64,000 nucleotides of DNA, taken from assembly GCA_965261085.1 (NCBI GenBank), contig OZ253442.1, positions 480,001 through 544,000 on the forward strand. The letters run 5' to 3'. This DNA comes from a bacterium (GTDB lineage: Bacteria; UBA8248). This document shows positions 16,197 to 26,503 of this stretch, in pieces. Made by a program: the position numbers and the translations under genes. The notes beneath the pieces are model-generated. The model was given only the letters and a program-made list of their open reading frames with translations, was not told where the DNA came from and made no database searches. Position 1 is the stretch's first letter. Each line of letters begins with the position of its first letter.

Positions 16197-18458
16197 ATGA
16201 GTGAATACAAGACAGCCGGGAAAAGTATCCCCAGGTATGATCTGCCAGATAAAGCTGTGGGCACGGCCAAATTCGCGGCGGACGTCACTACTGCGCAGCC
16301 CCTGGTCAGTTTAGTGCTCAGGAGCCCACACCCACATGCTCGTATCATTTCCATAACCACACAAAAAGCCAGAAAAATACCGGGCGTACGCACCTTATTG
16401 GTCAGCAATGATTGTCCGCCACACCTTTTCGGTCTTGAGATTAAAGATATCTGTTGGCTAGCTCGTGATGGTTACGTCCGATATATCGGAGACCCAGTTG
16501 CAGCTGTTGCGGCGGAATCAATGGATGCCGCCCAAGCGGCGCTAGACTCCATACAGGTGAACTACAAAGTGCTTGAGCCTGTAGTGGACCTTTTGGTGGC
16601 GCGTGACGGCAATGGCCCACTTGTTCACGAAGATTGGGAAAAAATAGGCTTAGGGCCCAATGGAGAAGGTAATGTGATCGGTCGCTATGAAAAATCCATG
16701 GGCAATGTGGATGTGGCCATGGATAAAGCAGACTATATCTTTGAACACACATTTCATACTCCATACGCGCACTCGGGATATCTCGAACCCCATGCTTGTG
16801 TGGCAGAACCAGGTGCCGATGGAAAAATCACCATTTGGACAACAACGCAAGCGCCCTTCGTTATCCGCGAACAAGTGGCAGCAGCTTTGGGGGTTCCTCT
16901 CACGAAAGTCAAAGTCATCCCCACGGAAATCGGCGGAGGATTTGGAGGAAAGATTCATTCGTTTATAGAACACATTATTGCATTACTTGCTCTGAAGAGC
17001 GGGCGCGCCGTGCGCCATGAGATGACGCGTGAAGACGATCATAATTGCGTCAGTCCCAGACAAGGGTTACGAATACACTTAAAAACCGGAGTGACCTCTG
17101 AAGGCAAAATCATAGCGCGTGAAGCAGATGTCATTGTCGACCATGGTGCATATGGGCCTGGTGCCCCGGGTCAGGCAAGTTCCCGCATCCCGATGTTCAC
17201 CAGTTGTTACAATATCCCTCATACTCTTGTGAAAATGACGAGCGTCTACACCAATGGTCCTATTTGTGGCTCGGTGAGGGGGCCATGTGGACCTCAGTGT
17301 TTCTTCGCAACGGAAGTGCATCTCGATATTATTGCGCGTGAGCTAGGTATCGACCCCCTTGAAATCAGACAAAAAAACGCCATACGAAAAGGCGACACCG
17401 GATTATTCGGCACGCAAAAAGACGATGGCATGCTCAAAGTTTTGGAAAGTACCGCCAAAGAAGGAAACTGGGGTGAGGCTATCAAGACGAATGTGAATTT
17501 AGAAGGTCCTGGCTGGAAGCTCGGTCGTGGCCTTGCCGTTAGTTTCTGGCGCGGAAATGGTGGAGCTTCCGCGTGCACGGCGCGCTTAAATGCAGACGGG
17601 AGTGTTCAACTCCTCAGTGGCTCCGTGAACCTTACGGGCGCAACAACCTCAATGTGCCAGATTGCTGCGGAAAAAATGGAGATTGACTTTGAGCAAGTAT
17701 CCTTTGACTGCGGTGATACCGACACTGCACCGGAATCCATCCACGCGGCGGGCAGTATGTTGACCCGCTCAATGGGTGCCGCCGTTGTTGTTGCTGTAGA
17801 CAATCTGAAAGAAAAAATTCGAGTTGTTGCCGCCGAGAAACTTGAAGCCGACCCGGAGGATCTAAAAATCGAAGGGGGGCGCGTTTTTTCCCGATCCACG
17901 CCCGATCGATCTATGTCACTGAGTGAAGTAGCCAAGGCGGCACCTGGGATTTCAGGCTATATTATGGGTCAAGCCGAAACACAAGCTCCGGGCCCTTGCC
18001 CCATCTACACGGCGCAAGTAGCGGAAGTGGCCGTAAATCTAGATTCGGGTGAAGTGAAAGTTTTAAGGCTAGTTTGTTCACAGGACGTAGGCTTTGCCAT
18101 GAATCCAATCTCAGTAATCGGCCAAATGGAAGGCGGGATGCTTCAAGGAATCGGTTTAGCGCTAATGGAAGAACAACCTCGTGATGGGGCCGGCAATATC
18201 TATGGAGGAACTCTCCATGAATACCTTCTGCCCACCAGTCTGGATGTTCCCGAACTGAAAGCTGTAATGATTGAAAACAAGGCGGATGATACGCCTTATG
18301 GCATGAGAGGCGTCGGCGAACCACCCATACTTGCCGCACCCGCGGCCATCATGAATGCTATCGCCGATGCAATAGGTACTCGATTTTTCAAGATCCCGGT
18401 GGGCCCGCACCACATATGTGAAGCGATCGGAACACAAAAAACGCGATTTAATTTTTGA
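16197..18458 (+). CDS. Xanthine dehydrogenase-family molybdopterin-binding (large) subunit
   Basis: RSPHPHARI, YLEPH, GGGFGGK, GQMEGG, GVGEPP. Confidence 0.92.
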   Translation: MSEYKTAGKSIPRYDLPDKAVGTAKFAADVTTAQPLVSLVLRSPHPHARIISITTQKARKIPGVRTLLVSNDCPPHLFGLEIKDICWLARDGYVRYIGDPVAAVAAESMDAAQAALDSIQVNYKVLEPVVDLLVARDGNGPLVHEDWEKIGLGPNGEGNVIGRYEKSMGNVDVAMDKADYIFEHTFHTPYAHSGYLEPHACVAEPGADGKITIWTTTQAPFVIREQVAAALGVPLTKVKVIPTEIGGGFGGKIHSFIEHIIALLALKSGRAVRHEMTREDDHNCVSPRQGLRIHLKTGVTSEGKIIAREADVIVDHGAYGPGAPGQASSRIPMFTSCYNIPHTLVKMTSVYTNGPICGSVRGPCGPQCFFATEVHLDIIARELGIDPLEIRQKNAIRKGDTGLFGTQKDDGMLKVLESTAKEGNWGEAIKTNVNLEGPGWKLGRGLAVSFWRGNGGASACTARLNADGSVQLLSGSVNLTGATTSMCQIAAEKMEIDFEQVSFDCGDTDTAPESIHAAGSMLTRSMGAAVVVAVDNLKEKIRVVAAEKLEADPEDLKIEGGRVFSRSTPDRSMSLSEVAKAAPGISGYIMGQAETQAPGPCPIYTAQVAEVAVNLDSGEVKVLRLVCSQDVGFAMNPISVIGQMEGGMLQGIGLALMEEQPRDGAGNIYGGTLHEYLLPTSLDVPELKAVMIENKADDTPYGMRGVGEPPILAAPAAIMNAIADAIGTRFFKIPVGPHHICEAIGTQKTRFNF

Positions 18459-18545
18459 GTACACAACAGAGATGAGCGTCTTCGGTTACCCAGGCATTTT
18501 CATTGTCTGTGGGTTCGAAGGCTTAAGTTGTTCTGAGGTAAAGTT

Positions 18546-19463
18546 TCAAGAAACTTGAGGGACTTCGATCTGAATTGCACGCAGAAGGTGACCATCCAAA
18601 TACCACTTCATCGCTTTTATGTTCGAATCATCACTTAGAACCGTGACCGCGCCACACTTCAGCCACTCGTTTCTTCTTGTGCGCCACGCCCAGATAAGTA
18701 CACCTCGACAACCGTTAAGCCAAACAGGGCTGAATGTCAGTTTTTCTCCCATTTGGCTAAGAAGCTCGGTACAAGCCACAACCACAAAATCGTCACCCGT
18801 TCTCCGCTCCTCGCGGACAATTAGTTCTACATCGGGCGACATTAATCCTTGCAACAACACCTTATCTCGAAAACCGAGAGCTTCTACGAATCGTTCGAAC
18901 ACCCGCTCTGCTTTTACCTGATCCTGGATGGATGATAAGAAAACTTTCCTCCCCCAGTGCTTTTGAATTTCCGCTCGTTTTTTATCTGCACTGTCGGCAA
19001 TTTTGAAAATTTCTTGAATCTTCAACCTCATCGCGGATGCCGCAATCCGATCGCCATCCTCCGCCCCGTCCCTGAGCACGACAACAACACGCTGTTCGGG
19101 TGTCAAATATTCGAGGGGGAACAAAAACTCGAGCGAAACACTTGGCCATGTAGCACTCGCTTCTATCGATTTAGTCTCCTCATTCGTACTTGGACCTGTA
19201 GTTTGTATCAAATCGGGAAAGTCGAATTCATTCAACTGCAAAGGTTTTTTCTCTCGCAATCGAGAAAGCGCCGCTTCTGTGCATGAGATATAGAGCCACT
19301 CGGGATGATTTTTAATATTTTCAAGAGCCGGGCCCATTTCAATAGCTCGTAACATTGTATCTTGCACGATATCATCCGCATCTAAAATACTACCTGTGAG
19401 TCGATAAGCATGTTGGCGCATCAACCCCCAGTATTCTCGGGTATATTTTTCAAGATCAATCAT
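18546..19463 (-). CDS. ECF sigma-factor-like protein with SnoaL-like C-terminus, divergent
   Basis: Region 2 AYRLTGSILDADDIVQDTMLRA...WL; LTPEQRVVVVLRD; C-terminal FERFVEAL...WLNG. Confidence 0.7.
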   Translation of the reverse strand: MIDLEKYTREYWGLMRQHAYRLTGSILDADDIVQDTMLRAIEMGPALENIKNHPEWLYISCTEAALSRLREKKPLQLNEFDFPDLIQTTGPSTNEETKSIEASATWPSVSLEFLFPLEYLTPEQRVVVVLRDGAEDGDRIAASAMRLKIQEIFKIADSADKKRAEIQKHWGRKVFLSSIQDQVKAERVFERFVEALGFRDKVLLQGLMSPDVELIVREERRTGDDFVVVACTELLSQMGEKLTFSPVWLNGCRGVLIWAWRTRRNEWLKCGAVTVLSDDSNIKAMKWYLDGHLLRAIQIEVPQVS

Positions 19464-19472
19464 GATGGGGAC

Positions 19473-20156
19473 TCAAACAGTCGCAAACATCTCGCACAAG
19501 TCCGAAGCCACCCGCAAAGACGCTGCGGTTTTTTCCTGTACCTCACTCTCATTCACACCTGGTGCGAGTTCACGAAGCAAGAGCCCGTCGGTCTGCACCG
19601 TAATAACCGCCAGATCGGTAATGATGACATCCACCACGCCCTTACCAGTCAGAGGGAGTGTGCATGCTTCTACGATTTTCGGCGCCCCTCGCCTCGAAAC
19701 ATGCTCCATGGTGAGGATAACTTTTCGAGCACCTACGACGAGATCCATCGCACCACCCATACCAGATATCATCTTGCCAGGTATCGCCCAATTCGCCAGG
19801 TCACCATTCCCAGCAACTTCCATTGCTCCGAGTATAGTGACGTCTATATGCCCGCCCCTGATCATAGAAAATGACGTGGCGCTATCAAAATATGAACCAC
19901 CCGGCATAAGCGTCACGGTTTCTTTGCTGGCATTCAGCAAGTCGGGATCTTCATCGCCTTCGTATGGAAATGGGCCTACACCCAACACGCCGTTCTCCGA
20001 GTGGATGGTGACACCGTATTCCTCAGGTATGTAATTGCTCACCAAGGTAGGTATGCCCAGCCCGAGGTTAACATACCCCCCTCGGGGCACTTCCATGGCT
20101 GCACGTCTTGCAATATCGTGTCTGCTCAAAGGCAAATTAACTCTCCCCAAGACCAT
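19473..20156 (-). CDS. scoB: 3-oxoacid CoA-transferase subunit B
   Basis: [14 protein letters not shown] (catalytic Glu), [14 protein letters not shown]. Confidence 0.9.
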   Translation of the reverse strand: MVLGRVNLPLSRHDIARRAAMEVPRGGYVNLGLGIPTLVSNYIPEEYGVTIHSENGVLGVGPFPYEGDEDPDLLNASKETVTLMPGGSYFDSATSFSMIRGGHIDVTILGAMEVAGNGDLANWAIPGKMISGMGGAMDLVVGARKVILTMEHVSRRGAPKIVEACTLPLTGKGVVDVIITDLAVITVQTDGLLLRELAPGVNESEVQEKTAASLRVASDLCEMFATV

Positions 20157-20907
20157 TTCGAGGGCGATTCGTCATAATTTCGATAGGTTTCTCAAAGTCT
20201 TCGCCTAAAACAACCCGCTGCACAAATATCCCTGGCGTATGCACATTTTCTGGCACAATTTCACCAATGGGAACGATTTCCTCCACTTCGGCGATGGTCA
20301 CCTCGGCAGCAGTAGCCATGATCGGGTTAAAATTTCGTGCGCTCATCCTGTATATCAGATTCCCACGCTCGTCTCCCCTCCAAGCCTTGATGAGAGTATA
20401 ATCCGCTTGAACTGGTTCTTCGAAAATATGTTCTCGACCTTCAATTATTCTCGTTTCTTTTCCTTCAGCAACGACGGTGCCTGCTCCCGTTGGTGTAAAA
20501 AAACCACCAATACCGGCTCCACCTGCTCGAATTCGCTCTATGAATGTTCCTTGAGGCGAAAGTTCAACTTCGATTTCTCCTTTCAGAGCTTGCTCTTCAT
20601 AAGCTTTGCAAGCTGGACCCACACGACTGGCGAGAATAGAGCGGATCTGTCGATTTTCAAACATCATACCCACGCCCCAACCGTCCATTCCACCGGCATT
20701 TGACACTAAATGGAAATCCCCAACATCTTTTCGTTTGCTCAGTGCTTTACATAAATTATGTGCCATTCCACATATGCCAAACCCACCGATAAGAATCGAT
20801 GCGCCTCTAGGAATATCCGAAACAGCTTCCATGGAACTCGATACAATTTTAGACAAATGAGCCACCTCGATGCCAAAATTTTTATTGTTCTTGCTCAAAA
20901 TGCTCAC
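20137..20907 (-). CDS. scoA: 3-oxoacid CoA-transferase subunit A
   Basis: [35 protein letters not shown]; the true start may be slightly downstream. Confidence 0.9.
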   Translation of the reverse strand: MSILSKNNKNFGIEVAHLSKIVSSSMEAVSDIPRGASILIGGFGICGMAHNLCKALSKRKDVGDFHLVSNAGGMDGWGVGMMFENRQIRSILASRVGPACKAYEEQALKGEIEVELSPQGTFIERIRAGGAGIGGFFTPTGAGTVVAEGKETRIIEGREHIFEEPVQADYTLIKAWRGDERGNLIYRMSARNFNPIMATAAEVTIAEVEEIVPIGEIVPENVHTPGIFVQRVVLGEDFEKPIEIMTNRPRNGLGES

Positions 20908-20939
20908 GCATTCGTATATTAATAACTAAGGTGATTGGA

Positions 20940-23150
20940 CTAGCTTTCCATCACTCGCCCAACCAATGCTTTCACAGGCGAATACTGTTTATACACAATT
21001 ACTGTTTTGTCCGTGTGTTTAGCAACGTTTTCAGGAATAGAACCAAAAAGAATCCGCTTATAGAAACTCTCGCCAGCTGCACCCATGGCAATAGCGTCAT
21101 ATTCTTCCGACGCTTGGATAATTCCTACGGAGATAGATTTATGCGTGATGGTTTGGCTCTCTACATGAACGCTGCTCTCATCGTTGATTCGGCCTACCGC
21201 CTCGCTAAGGCCTTGTTCAACGGAATATTTATGACTTGCTCCGGCATCTGGAGAAACGACCGTAGATACAACAAGTCTGCCATTGTAAGCGCTTGCGATC
21301 GGGGCTGTGTATCGCTCCGCCAAACGTGCATGCATACCCCCAGTTGTGGGCAATAGAATATTTTTAAATTTCATTTCACCTACAAGTTTCACCAACATAA
21401 TATCCGCCCGCGCGAGATTCACGACATCGTCCACTACCTCACCCAAAATTCGATTAGCGGTAGAAGTATAGCCTTTCCAACCAAGCACAATTAGATCGCA
21501 ATAGCGCTCTCTCGCTGTCTCCAGGATAGCGCGCGCCGGATTACGCCCAATCGTTACCAGAGAACTGATTTTGACACCATTCGTCTTGGCCCGAACATGA
21601 GCCTGCTCCAAAATTCTTCTTTCTCGTTCAACATATGAAGTCTCGCGGCTCGTCGGTGACTGCTCAGGCAAAGATACAACCCGCATGGCGATGATTTCAC
21701 CATCATTTTCTTTAGCAATCGCTGAGGCCAGATCTATCAGGGGGGCGACGTTTGTCGGGTTTGCAATAGGAACCAACACGCGGAAATCGCTCTCCTGACC
21801 CTCCGTACTGACCTGCGCTACGCGGGATGGTTCCCCTGGCAAAAATTCCTCCTCAGCCTGAGAGCCTTTCCAAGCTAAGAAACCAAGCATCCCCACGATC
21901 AGCCATAGGACGGCCATGATAACTGGCTCAGAGTGCCGCAGTATCAGTGAGAGCAAATATATATTTGCCACAATTCCCAGAAGTGGCAATAATGGCACGA
22001 AGCGAACACGGAAAGGCCTCGGCAGGTTTGGAAATTTCTTCCGGTGGTAGATGAGCGCTGCATTCACCAAAATCAGAGCCAACAAAAGAATGGTGTCCGC
22101 AAAGTGCGCTAGCTTCTCGAGATGAAAACTTTGCGCAAAGAGAACAATGGCTCCTCCCACCAAAATAAGCGCAATAATGGGAGTACGTGTCTGTGAGTTG
22201 ATCGCGGCGATTCCTGAGGGCAAGTGCCCAAGTTGCGCCATGGACAAAACGACACGTGAACCCGCCAAAATCGATGCGTTAGATGCAGAAATCATTGAGA
22301 AAAGCGCACCTAAGACAATTATCATGCCGCCGATGGGGCCCAAGAAAAGACGCGCCGCATTACCCATCGCCGCTTCTGTATATTCCGTGAGGTTCGCGGC
22401 AACGATTACAAAGACCACTAAAGTATATAAAATAGTCACGATCATCATAGAAAGGAATATTGCGCGAGGAATTGTCTTGGTGGGATTCGCGACCTCCCCG
22501 GCCGACGCCGCAATTGCTGAAAAACCAAAAAAAGTAATAAAAACCAAACCAGCTGTCGCGCCAATCTTTGGAATGTCCATGCTCATTCTCTCGACAAGGG
22601 CTTTTGTATCCAAATTCTCTAGCCCACCATATACAAACCAAAATAAAAGGATGACCTTTCCGGCGGTAATGAGGACTTGAAAACGAGCCGACTCCTTTGT
22701 TCCCTTGATATTAAGCAATACGAGACAGATTAGTCCCACGATTCCTGATAATTGCTCATAGGGAGAATGCCAGACGAATTCGTTGAAATAAGAAGAAAGG
22801 CTACTGATGTAGAAAGCGCATGAGGAAGTGTAGCCAAGCACCAACGTCCACCCTACAAGATAGGCGAGTGGCGGAGGAAATGTCCTCCTTGCATAGAGAT
22901 ATCCTTCTCCGGACTCCGGATAGAGCGATGTGAATTCACAATAGGTGAGCGCTGTGAATGTGGCGACAAGCGCAGCGAGGAGAAAAGCGATGACGGCGGA
23001 TGAGCCGACATCCCTAACAGCCAGGCCAGATAACGTAAAAATACCCGCTGCTATCATTGTACCGACGCCGATAGAGAGCGCTGATGTGAGCCCCAAATCT
23101 CGACTGAGTTCGGTCTCAATATGCAGATTGTTGCCGTTTCGTTTGTTCAT
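20940..23150 (-). CDS. APC-family amino acid permease fused to two USP domains
   Basis: IGVGTMIAAGIF, FITFFGF, EVANP; C-terminal VLVPIANP, LIVLGWKG, LFGSIPENVA. Confidence 0.9.
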   Translation of the reverse strand: MNKRNGNNLHIETELSRDLGLTSALSIGVGTMIAAGIFTLSGLAVRDVGSSAVIAFLLAALVATFTALTYCEFTSLYPESGEGYLYARRTFPPPLAYLVGWTLVLGYTSSCAFYISSLSSYFNEFVWHSPYEQLSGIVGLICLVLLNIKGTKESARFQVLITAGKVILLFWFVYGGLENLDTKALVERMSMDIPKIGATAGLVFITFFGFSAIAASAGEVANPTKTIPRAIFLSMMIVTILYTLVVFVIVAANLTEYTEAAMGNAARLFLGPIGGMIIVLGALFSMISASNASILAGSRVVLSMAQLGHLPSGIAAINSQTRTPIIALILVGGAIVLFAQSFHLEKLAHFADTILLLALILVNAALIYHRKKFPNLPRPFRVRFVPLLPLLGIVANIYLLSLILRHSEPVIMAVLWLIVGMLGFLAWKGSQAEEEFLPGEPSRVAQVSTEGQESDFRVLVPIANPTNVAPLIDLASAIAKENDGEIIAMRVVSLPEQSPTSRETSYVERERRILEQAHVRAKTNGVKISSLVTIGRNPARAILETARERYCDLIVLGWKGYTSTANRILGEVVDDVVNLARADIMLVKLVGEMKFKNILLPTTGGMHARLAERYTAPIASAYNGRLVVSTVVSPDAGASHKYSVEQGLSEAVGRINDESSVHVESQTITHKSISVGIIQASEEYDAIAMGAAGESFYKRILFGSIPENVAKHTDKTVIVYKQYSPVKALVGRVMES

Positions 23151-24010
23151 TTCAGATCTGCCAGAAACGCCTTGAGCTCTCGTTGCACAATGGTTGGCTC
23201 GGAAACACTCGGGAAATGCCCGGCTTTCGCACATACGACCGCTTGTGATTTCTTGGGTAGCGCGTTCATTAACAATTTTTCCGCTTTCTCACTAAATCGC
23301 TTACTTGCCCCTCCACGAAACACCAGAGATGGGCATTTTGTTCTCTTGGCCCAGAAAACGGGGTCGTAATCACTCGTGGAGGAGGCCTGCAATTCCCGTA
23401 ACCTGAGGATTCTGCTTTTCTCATAAGGAACCCTGCAAACGCCGTTCACACCATCGTGAACCAAAACATCATTTAAGAATCGTCTCGTTCTGGCGGGCGG
23501 CCAATTTCCTTCTTCGCTCTCTGTGATGAATTTCTGCGCCTGCGAGAGATCCTCGAACTCCATGGGGCGAGTCTGCGACGCCGCCAGGTTCGTATTAGCC
23601 CCTGAAGCGTCACGCACTGTCGGGTCCATCAACACGGTCGCAGCGACGCGATCCGGGCGTTTCGCAGCGACGGCCAAGGCGATTGAAGCGGCGAAGGAGT
23701 GCCCCATCACCACGAAGCGATCCAGCAAAAGCGTGTCGGCGAGGCCAATTACGTCTCTTGCGAAATCCGCTGCGGCATCACCCGCACCCGGGTCATCCGT
23801 TCGCCCAAATCCTCTTTGATCCGGGCAGATCATGCGTATCGCGCCCGCGCCTTCGGCGGTAGCATTCCACATACCGCTCTGAATCAGCGAACCATGCAAT
23901 GCGATAACGGGCAAAAACGAACTTTTCTTCGCCGGCTTCCAGTCCCGAAAGAACATTTGAAAATTCGATACCGTCTCAAAACCAGCATACCAACCACCTT
24001 TGCTACGCAT
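23147..24010 (-). CDS. Alpha/beta hydrolase
   Basis: ALHG, PDQRGFG, MGHSFAA nucleophile elbow, AGHF. Confidence 0.88.
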   Translation of the reverse strand: MRSKGGWYAGFETVSNFQMFFRDWKPAKKSSFLPVIALHGSLIQSGMWNATAEGAGAIRMICPDQRGFGRTDDPGAGDAAADFARDVIGLADTLLLDRFVVMGHSFAASIALAVAAKRPDRVAATVLMDPTVRDASGANTNLAASQTRPMEFEDLSQAQKFITESEEGNWPPARTRRFLNDVLVHDGVNGVCRVPYEKSRILRLRELQASSTSDYDPVFWAKRTKCPSLVFRGGASKRFSEKAEKLLMNALPKKSQAVVCAKAGHFPSVSEPTIVQRELKAFLADLK

Positions 24011-24229
24011 ATGAGCCTCTTGTATGAGAAAGTGAATTTATATGTAAGGAATTCTATCAGATCGGGAAAAGGTCGTTTCATTCTCCTGCTGAAGGATTAG
24101 TCGATGAACCACACTTCGCCCATTCGGCGACTCACCGGACTTCAGGCCTCGTAAAGCATGAGCGAAAAAGCCCCGTTCCTCGATATTCCACCTTATTCTA
24201 TGGCTTTTTGCTCGTAGATCGGAAATCGC

Positions 24230-24823
24230 TCAGGAAGAATCACCCGTATAGGAAATCGAGACGCGGCGCGCGTAGAAGCGATTTTTTTCATCGTCGATGG
24301 GTTCAAAGAAATGACAGGCCTGCAAATCGCGCGGGTACACATGAATGGAAACCGCCACGTCATCGCGCCGGTTGCGCACCGTATGGATGTCCGCGCAGCC
24401 GCAAACCGAGTTCTGCTCACCTGCCGAAGGAGTATGGGGCGCATCGTTTCTCAACTCGACTTCACCCTCGGCAATCTCCGCATCCGCAAAATAATTGACA
24501 ACCTCCAGGCCACCTTCCACCATTCCGAGCATTCCCCAGGCGCCGTCATGATCGTGAATCGGGGTGCCTTGCCCGGGCTTCCACACCATGGCCGCCACGA
24601 CGAAGCGCTCCTCGAGGTCGCGATACAGCAAGTGGCGCGCATAGCTATTATCGGAGGGCTGCATCGCCTCGGGCGGCAGGAAAGAACCCGCGCCCAGCAA
24701 GCGTTTCAGAGCGGGTTCGGCGGCGCGGATGAAGTCTCGCCCACGTGCGCCGTTATCGTAAATGCCCGCAAGGTCCTCCGCGAGGCGGGTGATGGGAGCA
24801 CTCGGTGCGGCGGCTGTGTCCAT
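24230..24823 (-). CDS. Cysteine dioxygenase-family (thiol dioxygenase) cupin
   Basis: YARHLLY, WKPGQGTPIHDH, DIHTV, SIHVY. Confidence 0.85.
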   Translation of the reverse strand: MDTAAAPSAPITRLAEDLAGIYDNGARGRDFIRAAEPALKRLLGAGSFLPPEAMQPSDNSYARHLLYRDLEERFVVAAMVWKPGQGTPIHDHDGAWGMLGMVEGGLEVVNYFADAEIAEGEVELRNDAPHTPSAGEQNSVCGCADIHTVRNRRDDVAVSIHVYPRDLQACHFFEPIDDEKNRFYARRVSISYTGDSS

Positions 24824-24992
24824 GGCGACCTCCTTGGCTTGCGGAAATCGATGTAAAGCGCTATATTTCAGATACTTAACCCTTCAGTTTTTTATCGAAA
24901 ACCATCGTGAATTTATCGATATTTTCAGATATTATTACTTTCATTATACGCATATTTTCTATAATCTCCTCTAGTCACTTTCTCCCTGAAAA

Positions 24993-25793
24993 TCACCAGG
25001 GATGGTCCCGCTCGATGAGTGTTCCGGGCTCATCGGCGCTCCCGAGCAACTCGATCATATCATACAGCACGGTGCGCTGCTGTTCAAGATTTCCCGCTTT
25101 GCCAAAGGGATGGCCCAGGGGCCAGGGCACGAATATCGCACGCGGCGGCGCAAGCGCGAGCGTTATCTCCTTGACGATGCTCACCGAGACGGTCGCGATG
25201 CCCTCACGTTCCACCGCGTTCTGAATCAGCCCGACCGAGCGATTACAAAGCCCTCACGCGGGCGCGAGCAGCGCCACCTCCGCCCCCGCCTCGCGCAGCC
25301 GCCGCGCGGCAGCAGGCGCCGTCTCTTCCACGAGGCGCTCCACGAGTTCCTTGTCGATGTGGCCCATGAAGCTCACGTGCACGGGCGAGACCCCGCCTAT
25401 CGCGCCCTCCGCCGCCATCTCGGCCAGTCGCTCATGCGGGAAGACGACGTTCAGGTCCACATCCGCCCCCCGGTGGTCGTAATAATCGTGCGTTATCGTG
25501 AGCGCATCGCGCGCGGCGTCGCCCGGAATCTCGCGAAACGTCGGGTCGCCGTCGGGGTTTTCCATGTCGAAGGGGGCTTGCGTCTTCAAGTGCACCCCGC
25601 CCGTCGTCACCAACGCGACGCTGCATTCGCTCACGGGCTTCGCCGGCGGCGTCCAGGGGGTGAACCCGGCCCCTGCGCGATACCCGGCCATCTCGGCGGA
25701 AAAATCCCTGTTCCCCGACCATCTTTTCACCAGCCCCGGATACCGCGTCAGCAGACGCGCCACCATCCTGTCCTTCCACCTGCGCAAGCTCAT
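24993..25793 (-). CDS. Selenoprotein of the D-proline/glycine reductase B (PrdB/GrdB) family, 266 aa, Sec at codon 180
   Basis: ORFs 25254..25793 and 24993..25214 are in frame across TGA 25254-25256, giving LLAPA-U-GLC-NRSVGLIQNAVEREGIATV (UxxC); VALVTTGGVH and PWPLGHPFG motifs. Confidence 0.88.
25225..25245 (-). promoter_or_regulatory. Bacterial SECIS-like hairpin directly 3' of the UGA
   Basis: mRNA UGA-GGGCUUUGU-AAUC-GCUC-[GGUC]-GGGC-U-GAUU: stem with a G-initiated 4-nt apical loop. Confidence 0.65.
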
Positions 25794-25849
25794 CGGGTTG
25801 TCTCGTTGGTTGGGATTGTCGTCATCGGGAACACATTTTGCCTGAACGC

Positions 25850-26044
25850 CTAGAAGGCTTTATCCAAGCCCGCTTGCTGAAGCACCGTGTTGGCCGTATG
25901 GCGGGATTTGATTTCATGATCGACGGGAAAACGCTTCGAGGTAATAGGGCTGTACCAGATTTCATGATCGCCCCTGCCTTACCGCTCGAAAGAACAGCCC
26001 GCTTCGCGTAATCGTTTTTTCAATTCCCTGGTGTAATCCCCCAC
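25850..26044 (-). pseudogene. hicA: HicA-family toxin with an internal TAA stop
   Basis: Manual translation MGDYTRELKKRLREAGCSFER*GRGDHEIWYSPITSKRFPVDHEIKSRHTANTVLQQAGLDKAF; stop at 25979-25981. Confidence 0.85.
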
Positions 26045-26047
26045 GGA

Positions 26048-26293
26048 TCAGGCGAACTGAACTTCTCGCTCAAACGCGCTGAAGTGCGTTTTCGCCTGAC
26101 GAGGGAGAACGTCGTCAGACAAAAGATGGGCATTTAATTCCAGCAATTCGGGAATGAGAACTTTAAGTTTCTCTTCGAGTTCCTCGGGCGTGGACCCTTC
26201 CGCAACGAGGCCGGGCGCATCTTCGCTTTCCGCTACCCAGACTCGCGTTTCCGAATCCCACTCGGCGAAAACTTCAACGATGTCCCGCGCCAT
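26048..26293 (-). CDS. HicB-like antitoxin (DUF1902 type)
   Basis: AEWDSETRVWVAESEDAPGLVAEG...LIPELLELN; directly upstream of hicA. Confidence 0.85.
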   Translation of the reverse strand: MARDIVEVFAEWDSETRVWVAESEDAPGLVAEGSTPEELEEKLKVLIPELLELNAHLLSDDVLPRQAKTHFSAFEREVQFA

Positions 26294-26503
26294 CGCTCAC
26301 CTCCATTTATCTGTCCGCCAAACGACGGCAGGTGTTTCCATGTTATCCCTTTTGAATCTCGTGTCAATCTTTTGGGGACTTCTCTCAATCATCAATCGAC
26401 GATCTGTCCTGTGCGCACTGGTGAATCGTTTTGACTTTTCACGCGCTCCAAGCGAAACTGACCGGGCTTGCTGTCTCCACGAGGACAGACTGGAGAAAAC
26501 CGA

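Noticed and set aside
24993-25214. Separate 73-aa gene or frameshift pseudogene
   Set aside because: It is in frame with the upstream ORF across a UGA with UxxC and a SECIS-like hairpin, so it is treated as one selenoprotein.
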